Shown here in pieces: positions 51,300 through 64,000 of a stretch of 64,000 nucleotides of DNA (positions within the stretch are counted from its first letter, which is position 1; each line of letters opens with the position of its first letter). This DNA comes from Octopus vulgaris (lineage: Eukaryota), in assembly GCA_951406725.2 (NCBI GenBank), contig OX597815.1, positions 23,808,001 to 23,872,000 on the forward strand, given 5' to 3'. The translations under genes and the position numbers were made by a program. Under the pieces are notes generated by a model. It was not told the origin of the DNA, did no database searches, and saw only the letters and a list, made by a program, of their open reading frames with translations.

Positions 51300-53700
51300 C
51301 AAATATTGGTAATGATAAAATTCAACATAAAAACAATTTGAATTTGGTGCCAGTTATTCTATGGAATAAGTGTACTAGTATAGATCCATTGAATTTTTCT
51401 TCAGTAACTGTATTTTCTATGTACAGTCGATTTCAGAAATACTCTTATCAAGGTTTTTTATAATTTTACTCTGGGTAAACTCCCTTGAAATTTCTTAAGG
51501 CATTTATATCATTCTTCCATTTATTTAATTTTAATGAATTTTTTAAATGAGTTTTGAAAACCAACTTTCTCTTTTTCATAATTTATTTTCTGGATTATGA
51601 ATCTCTTTGTAGTCCTAAATTAGACTGAGTTGTGCATGGAATTGGATTTGTTGGATTCTTCTTGATATAAATCTTCAAAATTAGTTTAATACCTTTTTCT
51701 TGATATTGGCTGTAGTTTATGAATGCTTTTCTTTTCATCAAGAAATTTGGATGCTCTGATGACTTTCAAGAGTTAGTATTTTTCAGTCATTTGACTAATA
51801 ATAGTTTTATTATTTCATTCTCCTTGTCATTTCACATTAAAGAAGTTCTTAAAAACAGTATATTCTCATCCCTTTTCAATTTTCTGTGACCTGTCTTATC
51901 TGCTGCGTATAAATCAATTGCAGACAGATTTGTTTAATTCAGTTCATTGTCATTGATTGGCGTTAGGAAGGGCATCCAGCTGTAGAAACACTGCCAGATC
52001 AGACTGGAGCCTGGTGCAGCCTTCTGGCTTCCCAGATCCCCGGTCGAACCGTCCAACCCATGCTAGCATGGAAGACGGACGTTAAACGTTGATGATGATT
52101 ACATTGCATTAGAAGCAGATATCTATAGACATACAGAATGTCATTTATGTAACAACACTTGGGGGTAAAAACTTCTTGAACCTGATTGTGAGCCTAAACG
52201 TATGTTGTGATCAGACCCCTATTTTCTAGAACTTAACCATCCAGTGTCATCATCATTCTTTAGCATCCATGTTCTATGTTGGTGTAAGTTGGATGGTTTG
52301 ACAAGGATCTGTTAAATGCCAACCACTTTACAGTGTGCACTGGGTACTGTTTTCATGTTACTGACACTATTGAGATCACCATATAGCTCACAAACCAAGA
52401 AAACCAGGGAGGGAGGAATCTGCATCTGTGTGTTAGATGGTAGTTAAGGTATGAGGGAAGAGGTTGGTGTAGAGCAGGTTCTCATTGTAAAGGACCTACA
52501 TGCCTACTCACATTTAGAACACAAAATGAATTAGAGATATCTCCAAAGAGACAGACAGTAGCCTCTGTGTGAGTGTGTATGTATATATATATATATAAAG
52601 TATATACACATGTGCATGCATGCACAAAAAATATATATAAAGTGAGTACATAGTGATGATGATCAGAGTAACAATGTGTACATTTATCTTTAACGTGTTC
52701 CTTTACTCAAGAATGTGGAAGGTACTTACTGTGAGACTCTTGGAAAAAAAAAATCTGGTAGATTTTTATACAGGAAATCTAAAGGAATTTTTCTCCAAGA
52801 CACGTCCCACACCAGTAGATCATAATATATCTCTTTAGCTCGTTCAAGTTTTCAGCTGTCACTAGCTAGCTTTCTCTGATTTAACAATTATTGTTTCTAG
52901 AACTTTGTTTGTTCAGTATCTTAATTTCTTTTTTGCAAATTATTTCATCTAAACATTCTCTTAAAATTTCTAATTATTTGAATTTTAGTTGGTTTAAGAA
53001 TCAAACTTAAATCTTCACTACCACTTTCTCCCAGATTTACATTTGGTCTAGCACTTTAGTGATGCATGTTCTGTTGGCATTTGTCATACGTCTACATTAT
53101 AATCCATAATGCAATTATTTCACTCCTGCATGTATTAAACTGTATCATTCATGCATGTCAACTTGTATTCACTTTCCTTATAAATTACTTATCAAACAGA
53201 CCATAGATCTCCAAATGATTGAATCCAGCAACTATTTATCAAGAGGCTAAGATTCTCAGTAAAATATTAATTTTAACTAGGTTTTCCTTCTATATATTTA
53301 GTAACCCTTTTGGTCCTAAGCACATAAAACTTGGTCCTTTTTAGAATATCAGTGACCTGAGAAGACTGCTTATTCTTAGATAAGTGTTTTTCTTCTGTAG
53401 TAAATTCACTAAGATATAAGCTTATACTATCTTTTTTTCCTCATGGTGTTCCGTTCATGTCAGTTTTATATAACAAAACATGTACTTTTTAGTATCTGAT
53501 CTCTGGTATTCCATTCACTACCTTTCTATGAATAAAATATTTTGAAAGGGCTTATTTACTTGATTCATTACTTTCATACTGATTCTTCTGGGAAATGCCT
53601 GTTCCTTATAGATTTGCTGTCTTTAAGAAATGGGAAAAGTAAGAAAACAAGTGCCATCCTAGTGTGGATGTCAATAAAATGTAATTAGTAAATTCTTAGT
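51300..53700 (-). mobile_element. Highly decayed LINE (AP endonuclease and linker)
   Basis: - strand near 53200-53240 reads IVAG-FNHLEI, a decayed GDFN motif. The flanks look like A-rich decayed coding sequence. Confidence 0.45.
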
Positions 53701-53842
53701 AACTTAATCAAAGGTAAGTTGAATGAGGAATACCTGTAGGCACTACATAAAGAAAAATATGTAATACAATCATGCTCCAGCTTGACCTTGGTTGTGACAG
53801 CTAGTCCAAACTAATGGACAAGGATTCTTCGCCGTGGTTTAA

Positions 53843-54063
53843 CCATTTAGCATTCAAACCAGCCATATCTGGTCCAAATATTCTACCTGTTCTATGTTCA
53901 ATCGAGCCACATTCAGCCTTTCATACCTACCGTACATTGTCAGTTCTAGAAGTAAACAATCATGTCTTTGAAATCCTGAAGCTACAAGATAATGCACGAC
54001 TAATTCAAAGCAATGTGAATAAATAAGCAATACATTTGACAGAGTAATCTGGATACTGAAGGG
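53843..54063. mobile_element. piggyBac-type MITE
   Basis: TTAA|CCATTTAGCATTCA ... TGGATACTGAAGGG|TTAA. Confidence 0.7.
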
Positions 54064-56609
54064 TTAAAAAATACAGTAAAATTATTAGAGCAATGGAGAT
54101 TGTAGTTGGCTGCATTTGAACAATTCTTGAGTGTCCTGTTTGAAGAGTACATTTGATTTTGTCATAAATAGCTTACAGCTTCTATTGAGTTAACATTGTT
54201 TCTGTATAATTGCAATTTTATTCAACAAACTTACATTTTCTCCCTCTTCTATCATTGTGTCTCTCTAATCACACTGGCTACCCCCATCAGATAGGCCATT
54301 TAATCTCCATACCGACAACCGACTTGCAGCTATCTAATACTATCTCTCTCACCCTCTTTTCCATGTTCTCTTTCTTTTATCGTTCTGTTCCTTTCCACTA
54401 TTCGTCTCATTTACCTTAACAGACAGTAGATAGCATGGAGTAGATCAAACTTTTTAGTTTTCTAGATCGGTGCTATGATGAAATGTGTATCCAGTATATC
54501 CTGAAAAGTGGTTGGTGAATGAATGGAGACAACATATATTTGAAAGGACCGTTTCTAAGGACAAAATAAGTTCTCTATTGCTGGTACCACGATAAAATAC
54601 ATGCAGTACATTTTCTGGTGTTATGAAAAGCATTTATCCATAGAAACCTTGCCGGAGTAGAATGTATGGTTGAGACATAGTTTCCAAACTATCTTGGAGA
54701 GCAGTAACTTCTAGTAAGAACCAATTCAGACTGCAAGAACCCAACAAACCCATGCTATCAGTGAAAGTGGACATAAAAAATAATCATGATAATGCATAGC
54801 TTGACAAAACAATTAATTTCAAGCATCTTTTATAAATATTACTGAAATTCAGACATCAACCAAAAAATCATTTCTTTATACAAATCCAATTTTTATTCCC
54901 TGAGTTTACTCTTCACCATCATCATCTGCATTGACAAGAGTTGGACAAGTCAGCGATATAGCAGATAACATATTCTGTATAATCTGTATATATTTACTGA
55001 TTGGATTTTCAATATTCATTACCATATGTTTAGTCTCCATTTGAAAAATTTTTGTTACATTCTCTAACGAACCAGTTTTTCAACAACCAAAGAAAGAACC
55101 AGTTAATACTTGTATATCAATCACTTACATTGTAATATAATGGATAACATAGGTGAATGGAAATACATGCATTTCACTTCCTACAATTTATTACTTATCC
55201 CTTGTATTCTGATAATTATCTCTAGCTGTACAGTCCGGTACATGCATTGTTAAAAATTCTCTTCATTATATATCAAAACCCTTTATAAAATTATATAAAG
55301 AAGTTATTGTTTTCCTGTAAATATCATTGGTGTGGTTTCTAATTTTATATATCTCAAGGTTCAACTAATATAAGAAATACGTTCATTGTGTATTTTACAC
55401 ATCTGTAAATTTTGAGCTTAAAATATAAAGAACAAAGAATTTGTGACCGCCATGTTATGAGTTGTATTAGTTACTTCCCTTGCACATTTATTGATGTTTA
55501 CCTCCATCACGTTTTGTGTTATGCGAAAGTATCTATTTTTTTCAAGTCAGAATTTGTAATTATAATTAATTACTCGTTGAGATTGTTTTAAAATGATTAA
55601 TTCAAGTAATTAAGAAAAGTATTTAATTAAACTTAAGAAAAAAATATTTTTAAAAAACTGTGATATATGCCAAAACGAATAGAGGTGGGTGAGGTACAAT
55701 GAGGGGTTTTTACAGCGTTTTTGACTTCGAGAAAAAAATTTTTTTTACAAATGTTCACTACCTTACAAAATTTATATCAGCTGAGCAAATGACCTTCTCT
55801 AAATGAATTAAAAACACTAACATATTCAGAACATTATTTCAGAAAATCATCTCTGTTTTTTTTTTGTTTTTTTTGAGCATGTAAAAAACAGTTCTCCAGA
55901 ATTACATTTGAAAACAGATCAGACACATCAATATCCTTCCTTAGACATCAGAAAACAACAAAAATGTTAAATATCTAGATCAAATGAAAGAGGATCATGG
56001 AAAAATAGCATATATGAAATTTTCAAAACTCAGTTAAATCAAAAAATTCAACATAAAATATTCTCTATAGCTTCTTCATGATCTACTGGGATGGCTCTCT
56101 TCCCGATATATTTACACACCATGCAGTTAAAGGGAAGAAATTATTGAAATTAGTCATTACTAATTTTACCTCATTGTAGACATTTTTTTTTTTTTTTAAT
56201 TGAAAATTATCAAATTAGATGTTAGTGTGGGAAAAAAGCTGATTTGGAATCCAACAGAGAACAGAATATTCATTTTAAACACCAAAAATGATCTTGATAT
56301 TCTATTAGCAACCTCAATTACAATCCGATCAAAGTTTCAGAAAAAATTTCTTGGATGCAAAAAATACCTGTCACCTGCCTATGTTCCAAACTCTCTCAAC
56401 TTCAACAACAACTATGCTGGCCAATTTTTACTCCTAAAGATGATGATACAATACTTGCACTGTAATGATTTCAAACAGGCAAGGAGAAAATGGGAAATCA
56501 GAAATTACTCATTTTATCCCGGTTGCTAATTTTGCCCCCCATCTCTGCCTTTCTTCCCCACTCTTATTATTGGTTAGATAGTTCTGAAAATTAAGATGTC
56601 TGTTATTTT

Positions 56610-56945
56610 TTTTACTTGTTTCAGTCATTGGACTGCAGCCATGCTGGACCACCGTCTTGAAGTGTTTTGTTGAACAAATTGATACCAGTACATATTTTTA
56701 ATCTGATACTTATTTTGCTTGGTCTCTTTTTGCCAAACCATTAAGTTACGGGGGCATAAACTAACCAACCCCAATTGTTGAGTTGGGAGGGGGCGCTAAT
56801 ATACATGCACACACACACATGCTGGGCTTCCTTTTAGTTTCTGTCTACCAAATTCACTCACAAAGCATTAGTTGATCCAGGACATAAGACACTTGCTTGG
56901 GACTAAACCAGAAACCACATGGTTACAAAGTGAGCTTCTTAACTA
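56610..56945 (-). mobile_element. Degenerate family A SINE
   Basis: Diverged match; another old copy lies at about 46335-46995. Confidence 0.72.
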
Positions 56946-57417
56946 AATATAATCATGCCAATCTTTTTGATATTACCTGCTTTCTAATTACCACACTAGC
57001 TTAATGGATTATTTGCAGAAGTTTTGTCATACCACTGAAAATTTGACAAATTTCGCGATAACAATTGGGAATTTAATACATATATTTCTGTATACATTCT
57101 CAAGTCAATATAGATAAACACTCATTGCTGGATATCTCTGATTATGCACAAATAGTCATATAATTTATTATCATATTACTTTGTTGATGGAATATACATT
57201 AATTTTCTTTTTTTAAATATGTTTAGCTTTTTTATTATTTCCTTTTGTTAGTAATGTCAGAAAATATTTAGATATGAATTCTGCTGAATATAGTAACGAA
57301 CACAATATATCGTTGAATGTAATACTTATCTGATGTAATTCTAATTTCGAAACATAGGACTTTGATGTTCAAGCTGCAATGAATTTTTGTCACTTATGAA
57401 AATATCTGTAAATATGT

Positions 57418-57730
57418 ACAGGTGTGGCTGTGTGGTAAGAAGTTTACCTCCCAACCGCATGCTTTCAGGTTCGGTCCCACTGCATGGTACCTTGGGTAAA
57501 TATCTTCTACTATTGTCCCAGGCCAACCATGGGTGGATTTGGTAGACAGAAACTGAAAGCCCATAAGTGTTTGTGTCTCCCCACTCACGCACACTTGACA
57601 ACTGGTGTTTGTTTATGTCCCCATAACGAAAGAGACCAATTGAGTAAGTAGCAGAGTACTGGAACTGATTTGTTCAACAAAAAGCTGCACCCCAGCAATA
57701 GTCACAATCCCTATGATTGAAACAAGTAAA
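57418..57730 (+). mobile_element. Degenerate family A SINE
   Basis: CAGGTGTGGCTGTGTGGTAAG head, GGTTCGGTCCC box and GAAACAAGTAAAA tail. Confidence 0.78.
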
Positions 57731-57962
57731 AAATGCCTATTAATCATGTGTTCTTTCAATGTGTTTTGTAAAATGGTGGTAATCAGCTTAAAATCTTTGT
57801 TTCTATAAAAATATGTATATATTTATTGTATGCATATATATATATTATAGTTTGAAGATTTGAGAAAATTGTCTTAATGTTACTGTCTGGATAGTTGATA
57901 TGTCTAAGATTTCCATTTTTTTATGTGTAGAATCATTTATTGATAATTCTTTTTTTTTCTAG

Positions 57963-58100
57963 TATTTAATAATGAGGATCAACAGACAGCAGCAGTATTA
58001 TTACCAAAAGTCAATCTTGATCTTCAGCTTAATGTGGAGGTTGTGTTAAAACACAGAATACTGCACTATTTACCTTTAGAGGATCTCTCATGGAATTATG
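57963..58100 (+). CDS. Candidate third (cassette or terminal) exon of the SAM gene
   Basis: Strong T-run plus CTAG acceptor at 57962. Phase 1 matches exon 2 and reads open as (V)FNNEDQQTAAVLLPKVNLDLQLNVEVVLKHRILHYLPLEDLSWNY. It is 138 nt to a G|GTGTGT donor, otherwise TAA at 58106-08. It is also a repeat copy, so exon status is unproven. Confidence 0.35.
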
Positions 58101-58139
58101 GTGTGTAAAAGCACTTGTAATTATATCGTCTATCAATGC

Positions 58140-58925
58140 TATAATTACAAAATGCATTTATGCACCATGAGTCTATATGAGAGATCCTCTGAAGTTAAAT
58201 AGTGCAGTATTCTGTGTCTTAACACAACCTCCACATTAAGTTGGAGATCAAGATTACCTTTTGATATTAATACTGCTTCTTTTATTATTGATTGTTTTTT
58301 AGTAAGCTCACTGACTATTTGTGGCACTAGTGCCTGAGTAGATACTGATATTCTATATAGCGTTGACAAAAGATTTCGCTGTGAGATATTTGTCGCTGAG
58401 AAGCCTGTAGCAGGGTATAGTCACATGATCTGGAAGTACCCGTAGCTGTAGCAGATATTTCTCATCTGTCAATGATATCATTTTGAGTGCTTTTATGTAC
58501 CATGAGTCCATATAAGAAATCCTGTCAAGGTATAATTGCACAGTATTCTGTGATCTAACGTAACCTTGATATTAAGATGGAGATCAGTATTGCTTTTTGA
58601 TATTTATACTGCTTCTGTTGCTGTTATTTGTAAATAAGTTTGCTGGCTATTTGCAACACCAATGCCGGAATAGACACTGATATTCTAAAAATCATTGACA
58701 GAAGATGTGGTTGCCATGTCGCTGAAGAGTCCATAGTGGGACAAAATCAAGTGATCTGTCAGTTCTGGTGGCTGTAGTAGACGGTTCTTATCTGCCAACA
58801 ATATAATTATGAGTGCTTTTCTGCACCACAAATCCATATGAGAGATCCTGTCAAGGTAAATAGTGCAGTATTCTGTACTCTAACACAATCTGTGTGTTAA
58901 GTTGGAGATCAAGATTGCCTTTTCT
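58140..58925 (-). repeat. Diverged tandem array (about 330-bp unit, three copies of the core) inverted relative to 57991-58125
   Basis: Anchor CAGTATTCTG at 58205, 58541 and 58866; its reverse complement lies in the candidate exon. Confidence 0.88.
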
Positions 58926-61726
58926 TTTATATTTGAAACCAAGTTTACAAAACTTGTTGCTACTGTCTTTCTTCTCTGTCTCTTCTCCTCACCCTTATAT
59001 TTTTCAGTTAGGATAAACATTGTAACAAGACCTTCAGAAATGTTTTAAGGCTTGTTGTTTTCATATTTTTACTATGACTCTATAAAATCTGTTTTTACTA
59101 CCTTCACATTTTTATGTACAAGAATGTTGTACAGCTTTTTCATGGTAATCTGTTACATATCCGTACTAAAGAATAGCAAGTTCTACAAATTTTTTTACAA
59201 ATGTTCTTTTGAAAGATTTATGAAAAAATATAAATCTTTATGTCAGTTAACATAAAAACATTCTAGTGAAATAAATTTCAAAATGAAAATTGTTATGATT
59301 GTTACTCTGGGGTTATATATTTAAATAATTAATCATCAGTTGAATATTTTCATCATTGCCATTTTAAGATCTACTCTTTCATGCTGGCATGAGTTTTATT
59401 TGATGGTGATATCTGGCACCATTCCTAATGTTTGTAGTACAAACATAGATACATTGTGAATGTGGTAAACTTCATGTACTAGATTTTTTTATGTTTTTTT
59501 TACATTGATATTCCCAGGTTAGTATATGTTGGATTGTTTTACAAATTTTGATATACACAGGAATTCTTTAGGCATTTTTTCTTTCTTATAATATTCTTGC
59601 TAATGTTAGCCACCTAACCATGAAGGCAATTTTACTTAGCTGAAGTTTTCAACAAACTAGTAATTGGATCATGAATCGCTCTATGTGTGTGTCCATGTGT
59701 GTGATTATGGTTCATTGAGTTTCTCCTCTGGCCCACTGATTTGCTGCTTTTTCACTCTACTTTGTCTACTGTTACTGTAGTGGACCCTGCTCTCTGCTGC
59801 ACTTATTCACATTCACCCAGGCCCACATGACTCACCTGTTTCTCTCCTTTTGTCACAACTACACTGACTATTTTACCCTAGTCCTTTCACTTCAAACTGT
59901 TAGTTTCTCTCACCCTTGGAATTCCCTCCTTGCAACTGTCAACTTATGGTTGTTCCAGAACATCAACTGTGTTAGACTTGAAGAACATGTGAAGTCCTTA
60001 GAGACAGAGCCTTCATCCAGACATCCAGACAAAACCCATTAAAAATGACTCTTCTAAATATTCAGATGACAAAACTTGTCAAACACTCATATTTTGGAAA
60101 GCTTTGCATAATGTACCGCAGATCAGTTGATATATTGTAATGTTTCCCTTAGACCCTAACTTCTTATAGCTGCTAAAATCTTGTCCAGTCTGTACTGGCC
60201 AGAATAAATGGACATTAAATTGTTGGTGTTTAAATAGTTTTATAGCATAGATCTATTTTGAGATATTGTGATAGCTCTGTGATGATCATTATCATTATTT
60301 TGTAATTTTGGGAAATTTAGTCTGAAGAAGGATATGCTCTGCCCTTCCAATGAAATTAATGAAATTAATATTGTTGATATTCAGTTTAAATTTCTGTAGA
60401 TAGAAGTATATGGTAAACTTGGACAAGGAGTGAATTCCAGGAAGTTATAGCTATGTGGAGGAGTTATTTAAGTCAAATGTTTACTTTTTGTTTTGGTGGG
60501 TGAGATACAGAAGGGAAGAGATGATAGGTGGGGTGGTGTGGGGATGCCTTGGTCTGGTTTGGGTTGATGTGGTATTTATCTTACTAGTATAGAAAATTAT
60601 GGACTGCTGTAGATGAAATGGAAAACATCAATGCAAGTCAGATTTGCTCATTAGTTGGTTGGCCTTTGGATTTGGTTCCTAATGTTTGTGGTGAAGCAGC
60701 TGCACCATCTCAAATATGTGAACAGTATCCTGAGAATGTCCATGTGTACCTTGTAAAGAGTCCAGTATGGTATAATATGGTGTTGAGGAAGTGTTGTGGT
60801 GTAATACCTGAAGTGGTTTAAGTATTCTTTATGCTTCAAATGGCTTAGTTTATGTCAATACATCATGCCTTACATTGATGTTTTGCTCTTTATATTTAAA
60901 CTATTACATTTGCATTTTTCATAGTAGGTTTTATTTGATATAAGGAGCAATAAAATGCATCATAAAGACTTGTGTTTTGCTGCAATATTTAATTGTATGA
61001 AATAAATTTTTCTGTTGTAGAAACAAGATCAAATTTTCTGTTGATGATTGATTATTAAATCTATCTAAATTACTGAACAATTTTAAGTGATATTAATTTT
61101 TGCTCTTAAGAAATTAAGAATCATTACCTCATGAGATGATTCTTAGCACTGTTGGCTTTAGATAGTATGCATTTTCTGTGCATGTCTCAAGCAAATAGAA
61201 CTTAAAATTAGTGAACATTTTAATTTATATTTTGTACCTCTGCATCAAATTGCTATTTGGTACTGTTGCCTTCTTATTAAGATACTTTTACTTAAATTAT
61301 TATTTTTAAGTTTTATGATGTATATGTTAGTATATCCGATTTCTTTCGTTGTTCTTAATTAGCAGTATTTTTTTCTACTGATGTTGCTTTGTAATAGTCT
61401 TTTTTTAACTGTTTAAAATATCTTGCTATTTTGCCTCTGCCAGTATCAGTGGTTTTTATATAATGCCCACATCTCTGAGGATTCTCACTCTTTTTTTTCC
61501 ATGGGTATTTGATCATTTTGGTAACATATGATATAAGCATAGACAACATTTATTTAAAGAATGACTTACAATATAACATTTTCGCAATCAACTGCCATCC
61601 CTCACTAAAAGTCTATTGGTGTCCAATTTCCACTACATTTGTATTCTTAACTGGAAGGTTAAGATGCTTTTATGCAGTTTTGGTAGAAAAATACACCAGT
61701 CTTAGGTGACTGTTGATTCTCTAAAG

Positions 61727-61945
61727 CAGTGGTTTTCAACCAGGGTTCCGCGGAACCTTAGGGTTCCACCAGTACAGTCATGGGGTTCCGCAAGAAGTTA
61801 CAAAACTGCTAAAATCGGCAGTAATTTTTAATTCTCCTGTGCAGATATGTGTGCATAAGACAATTAAATTATTGCACAGGGGCTCCTCGAGCCAGTGGAA
61901 TGTTTCCTTGGGGTTCCGCTCCAGCAAAAAGGTTGAAAAGCACTG
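61727..61945. mobile_element. hAT (Charlie-like) MITE with perfect 8-bp target-site duplication
   Basis: CAGTGGTTTTCAACC / GGTTGAAAAGCACTG TIRs; CTCTAAAG at 61719-26 and 61946-53. Confidence 0.92.
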
Positions 61946-63289
61946 CTCTAAAGGATCCCAATAGATCATGCTTTAGAGAATGGGTCTCATATATAGGACG
62001 GTGTTACTCCTTAAATTACTGGTATCCTTGATTGCATGTGATAAACTGAGCAAGACCTTGAAATGTACTCCAACTTACTTGGTAACATTAAATAAGTTAA
62101 AGCAGATGCCAAGATCCAGCTCAATTTCACAAGAAGATTTATAAAAAGTAGAAGGAAGACAGTGTAATAATATCACTCTGTTTCTTGCAATTCTCTAGCT
62201 CTCACTTAGTACAACCATTTTATGTAAACCATTTTCTCACTTCTGCAGTTCTTGAGTATTCTTATCTCAAATTCTTTAAACTTACTGTTAATCTCTCAGA
62301 ATCTTGTTCTTCAACTCATCTTTGTTCTGTCTCAAATAGTTTTAGAATAAAAATTGTTATTGTAGCCATAGTTTCCATTTTGACTTAAGTTAGTTTGCAT
62401 ACCTTTGCTATCTCTAGAGACTAATAAATCCACTTTTGATGTAAACACATCTGTAGTAAACATGAAGTGTTTTCCTAAAGTTGTTCTTTCTCTATCAGGT
62501 GTGATTTAAAAAAATTTATTTGTTTTTATCTTTGTATTTCTTAGACACTTGCTTCTATTGAAATAAGGAATAATGCTTCACTAGAAACACACTTCTTAGG
62601 GATAGAGTTCTTATTCTCAGTTAACATCGTTGGATAATGAGTTTGTTCTTCAGATCAAGACTTTTATTTTTTGTGTATCACCATTATCTAAACATAACTC
62701 TACCTAACAAGATTCCTTTGAATTAGGCTGTTTAGGATCCTTAGGTTTGATTTGAAATTTTATCTTGGCTGAATAGGCTCAGTTTTGTGGATTCATGTTT
62801 CATTTATTATATGTACCGTTGAATAATAGTACAATCTATATCCAAAGATTTATATTGATAAGGGGCAAATAAAAACAAGATATTGCCTGGATGAATCTTA
62901 GTTTTGTTTCACTATTTATCAAACTTTCAGGAATTTAAAAAATACAAATAGAAATTAGTATAAATACATATTTTCACATTAAAATAAAAATATGAAATTA
63001 GACTAAAGAATGTAAATGTTAAGAATTAATTTTACTTATCCAAAGGAATTAATAAAGTCAGTTAAAAAAAAATTGGGAAAGTTGCCAATTATCAGATTTG
63101 AGAACTGTTTTGATAGAACAGAAATAATAAAAAGAATGGCTATTGATTAAAATATTAATAGAAATTATATCCTACCTCTTCTAAAGAATTATAAACAAAG
63201 AGAATGTATTAAAAATGAGTTAAAAGATTGTTGGGAAAGTTACAAAAAAACTTTACTGCTTAAATGACTTAAGCATTATTATATTCACA

Positions 63290-63700
63290 ATAGCCGCCTC
63301 GACTGGCTTCTGTGCCGGTGGCACATAAAAAGCACCATTTGAACGTGGCCGATGCCAGCCCCGCCCCGCCTCGACTGGCTTCTGTGCTGGTGGCACATAA
63401 AAAGCACCATCCGAATGTGGCTGATGCCAGCGCCGCCTTGGCTGGCTTCCGTGCCGGTGGCATGTTAAAAGCACCAACCGATCGTGGCCAATGCCAGACT
63501 CCCCAGGCACCTGTGCAGGTGGCACGTAAAAAGCACCCACTACACTCGCGGAGTGGTTGGCGTTAGGAAGGGCATCCAGCTGTAGAAACACTGCCAGATC
63601 AGACTGGAGCCTGGTGCAGTCCCTGGCTTCCCGGACCCCGGTCGAACCGTCCACCTCTTGCTAGCGCGGAAAACGGACGTTAAACGATGATGATGATGAT
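63290..63700 (+). mobile_element. Family B element with four 5' monomers
   Basis: Four GTGC-xGGTG-GCA...AAAAGCACC modules, then GTTGGCGTTAGGAAGGGCATCCAGC and a (GAT)n tail. Confidence 0.88.
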
Positions 63701-64000
63701 TATACTCATACAATTTGTCTTTGTGATGGAGAGACCAACAGAAGCTACAATTCCCTGATTTGCTTCAATTCTTTACAAGTACCTTCACTAATTACATTAC
63801 TGAAGTTGGAGTTGTGTTCCAACTATATTTATGAATTTAGCCTTGGTTCTTTGTCAATTTGTCAGGGAACCCATTGCAACATTTGTCTATCTATTGCTTG
63901 AATTGAGTACACAGTAACAGTTTCCACTCCATTTTATATATTTAGTAAGGCTACTTAATAAATGGTTTTGGTATTCAGTTATTCTTTATTATTTTAATTT

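Noticed and set aside
63290-63540. Pistol, twister or HDV ribozyme assignment for the family B monomer
   Set aside because: Only superficial likeness (stem-loop followed by an A-run). The required helices and conserved residues are missing, so it is left unclassified.

Overview
AT-rich, repeat-dense eukaryotic genomic DNA. The SINE and RTE families I recognise from memory point to an octopus; this is an inference, not a database result. Almost every ORF in the supplied track is a microsatellite or repeat artefact. One real host gene can be rebuilt by hand on the + strand. Two spliced exons (39712-39804 and 41645-41747) encode an N-terminal SAM domain, MPGPVERWLETFMCKQYADTFEAYGFKTLQS|VCQLQLHQLQGMGVAQEHCEKILENVHVLRQTLI, behind a GTCACGTGAC E-box. 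A phase-compatible third exon candidate (57963-58100) sits in a long fold-back with three tandem antisense copies of itself. The rest is tRNA-derived SINEs, RTE-related short elements, decayed RTE and CR1/Jockey-like LINEs, two Penelope-like GIY-YIG remnants, non-autonomous Helitrons, and Tc2-, mariner-, hAT- and piggyBac-type MITEs. The most notable patterns are: (i) several unrelated palindromic inserts in (TA)n tracts, many carrying intact or decayed minimal type I hammerhead ribozymes; (ii) an RTE-related element with a variable number of 5' monomers, each predicted to fold into an H-type pseudoknot; and (iii) the exon fold-back, a candidate ADAR editing or splicing-control structure.
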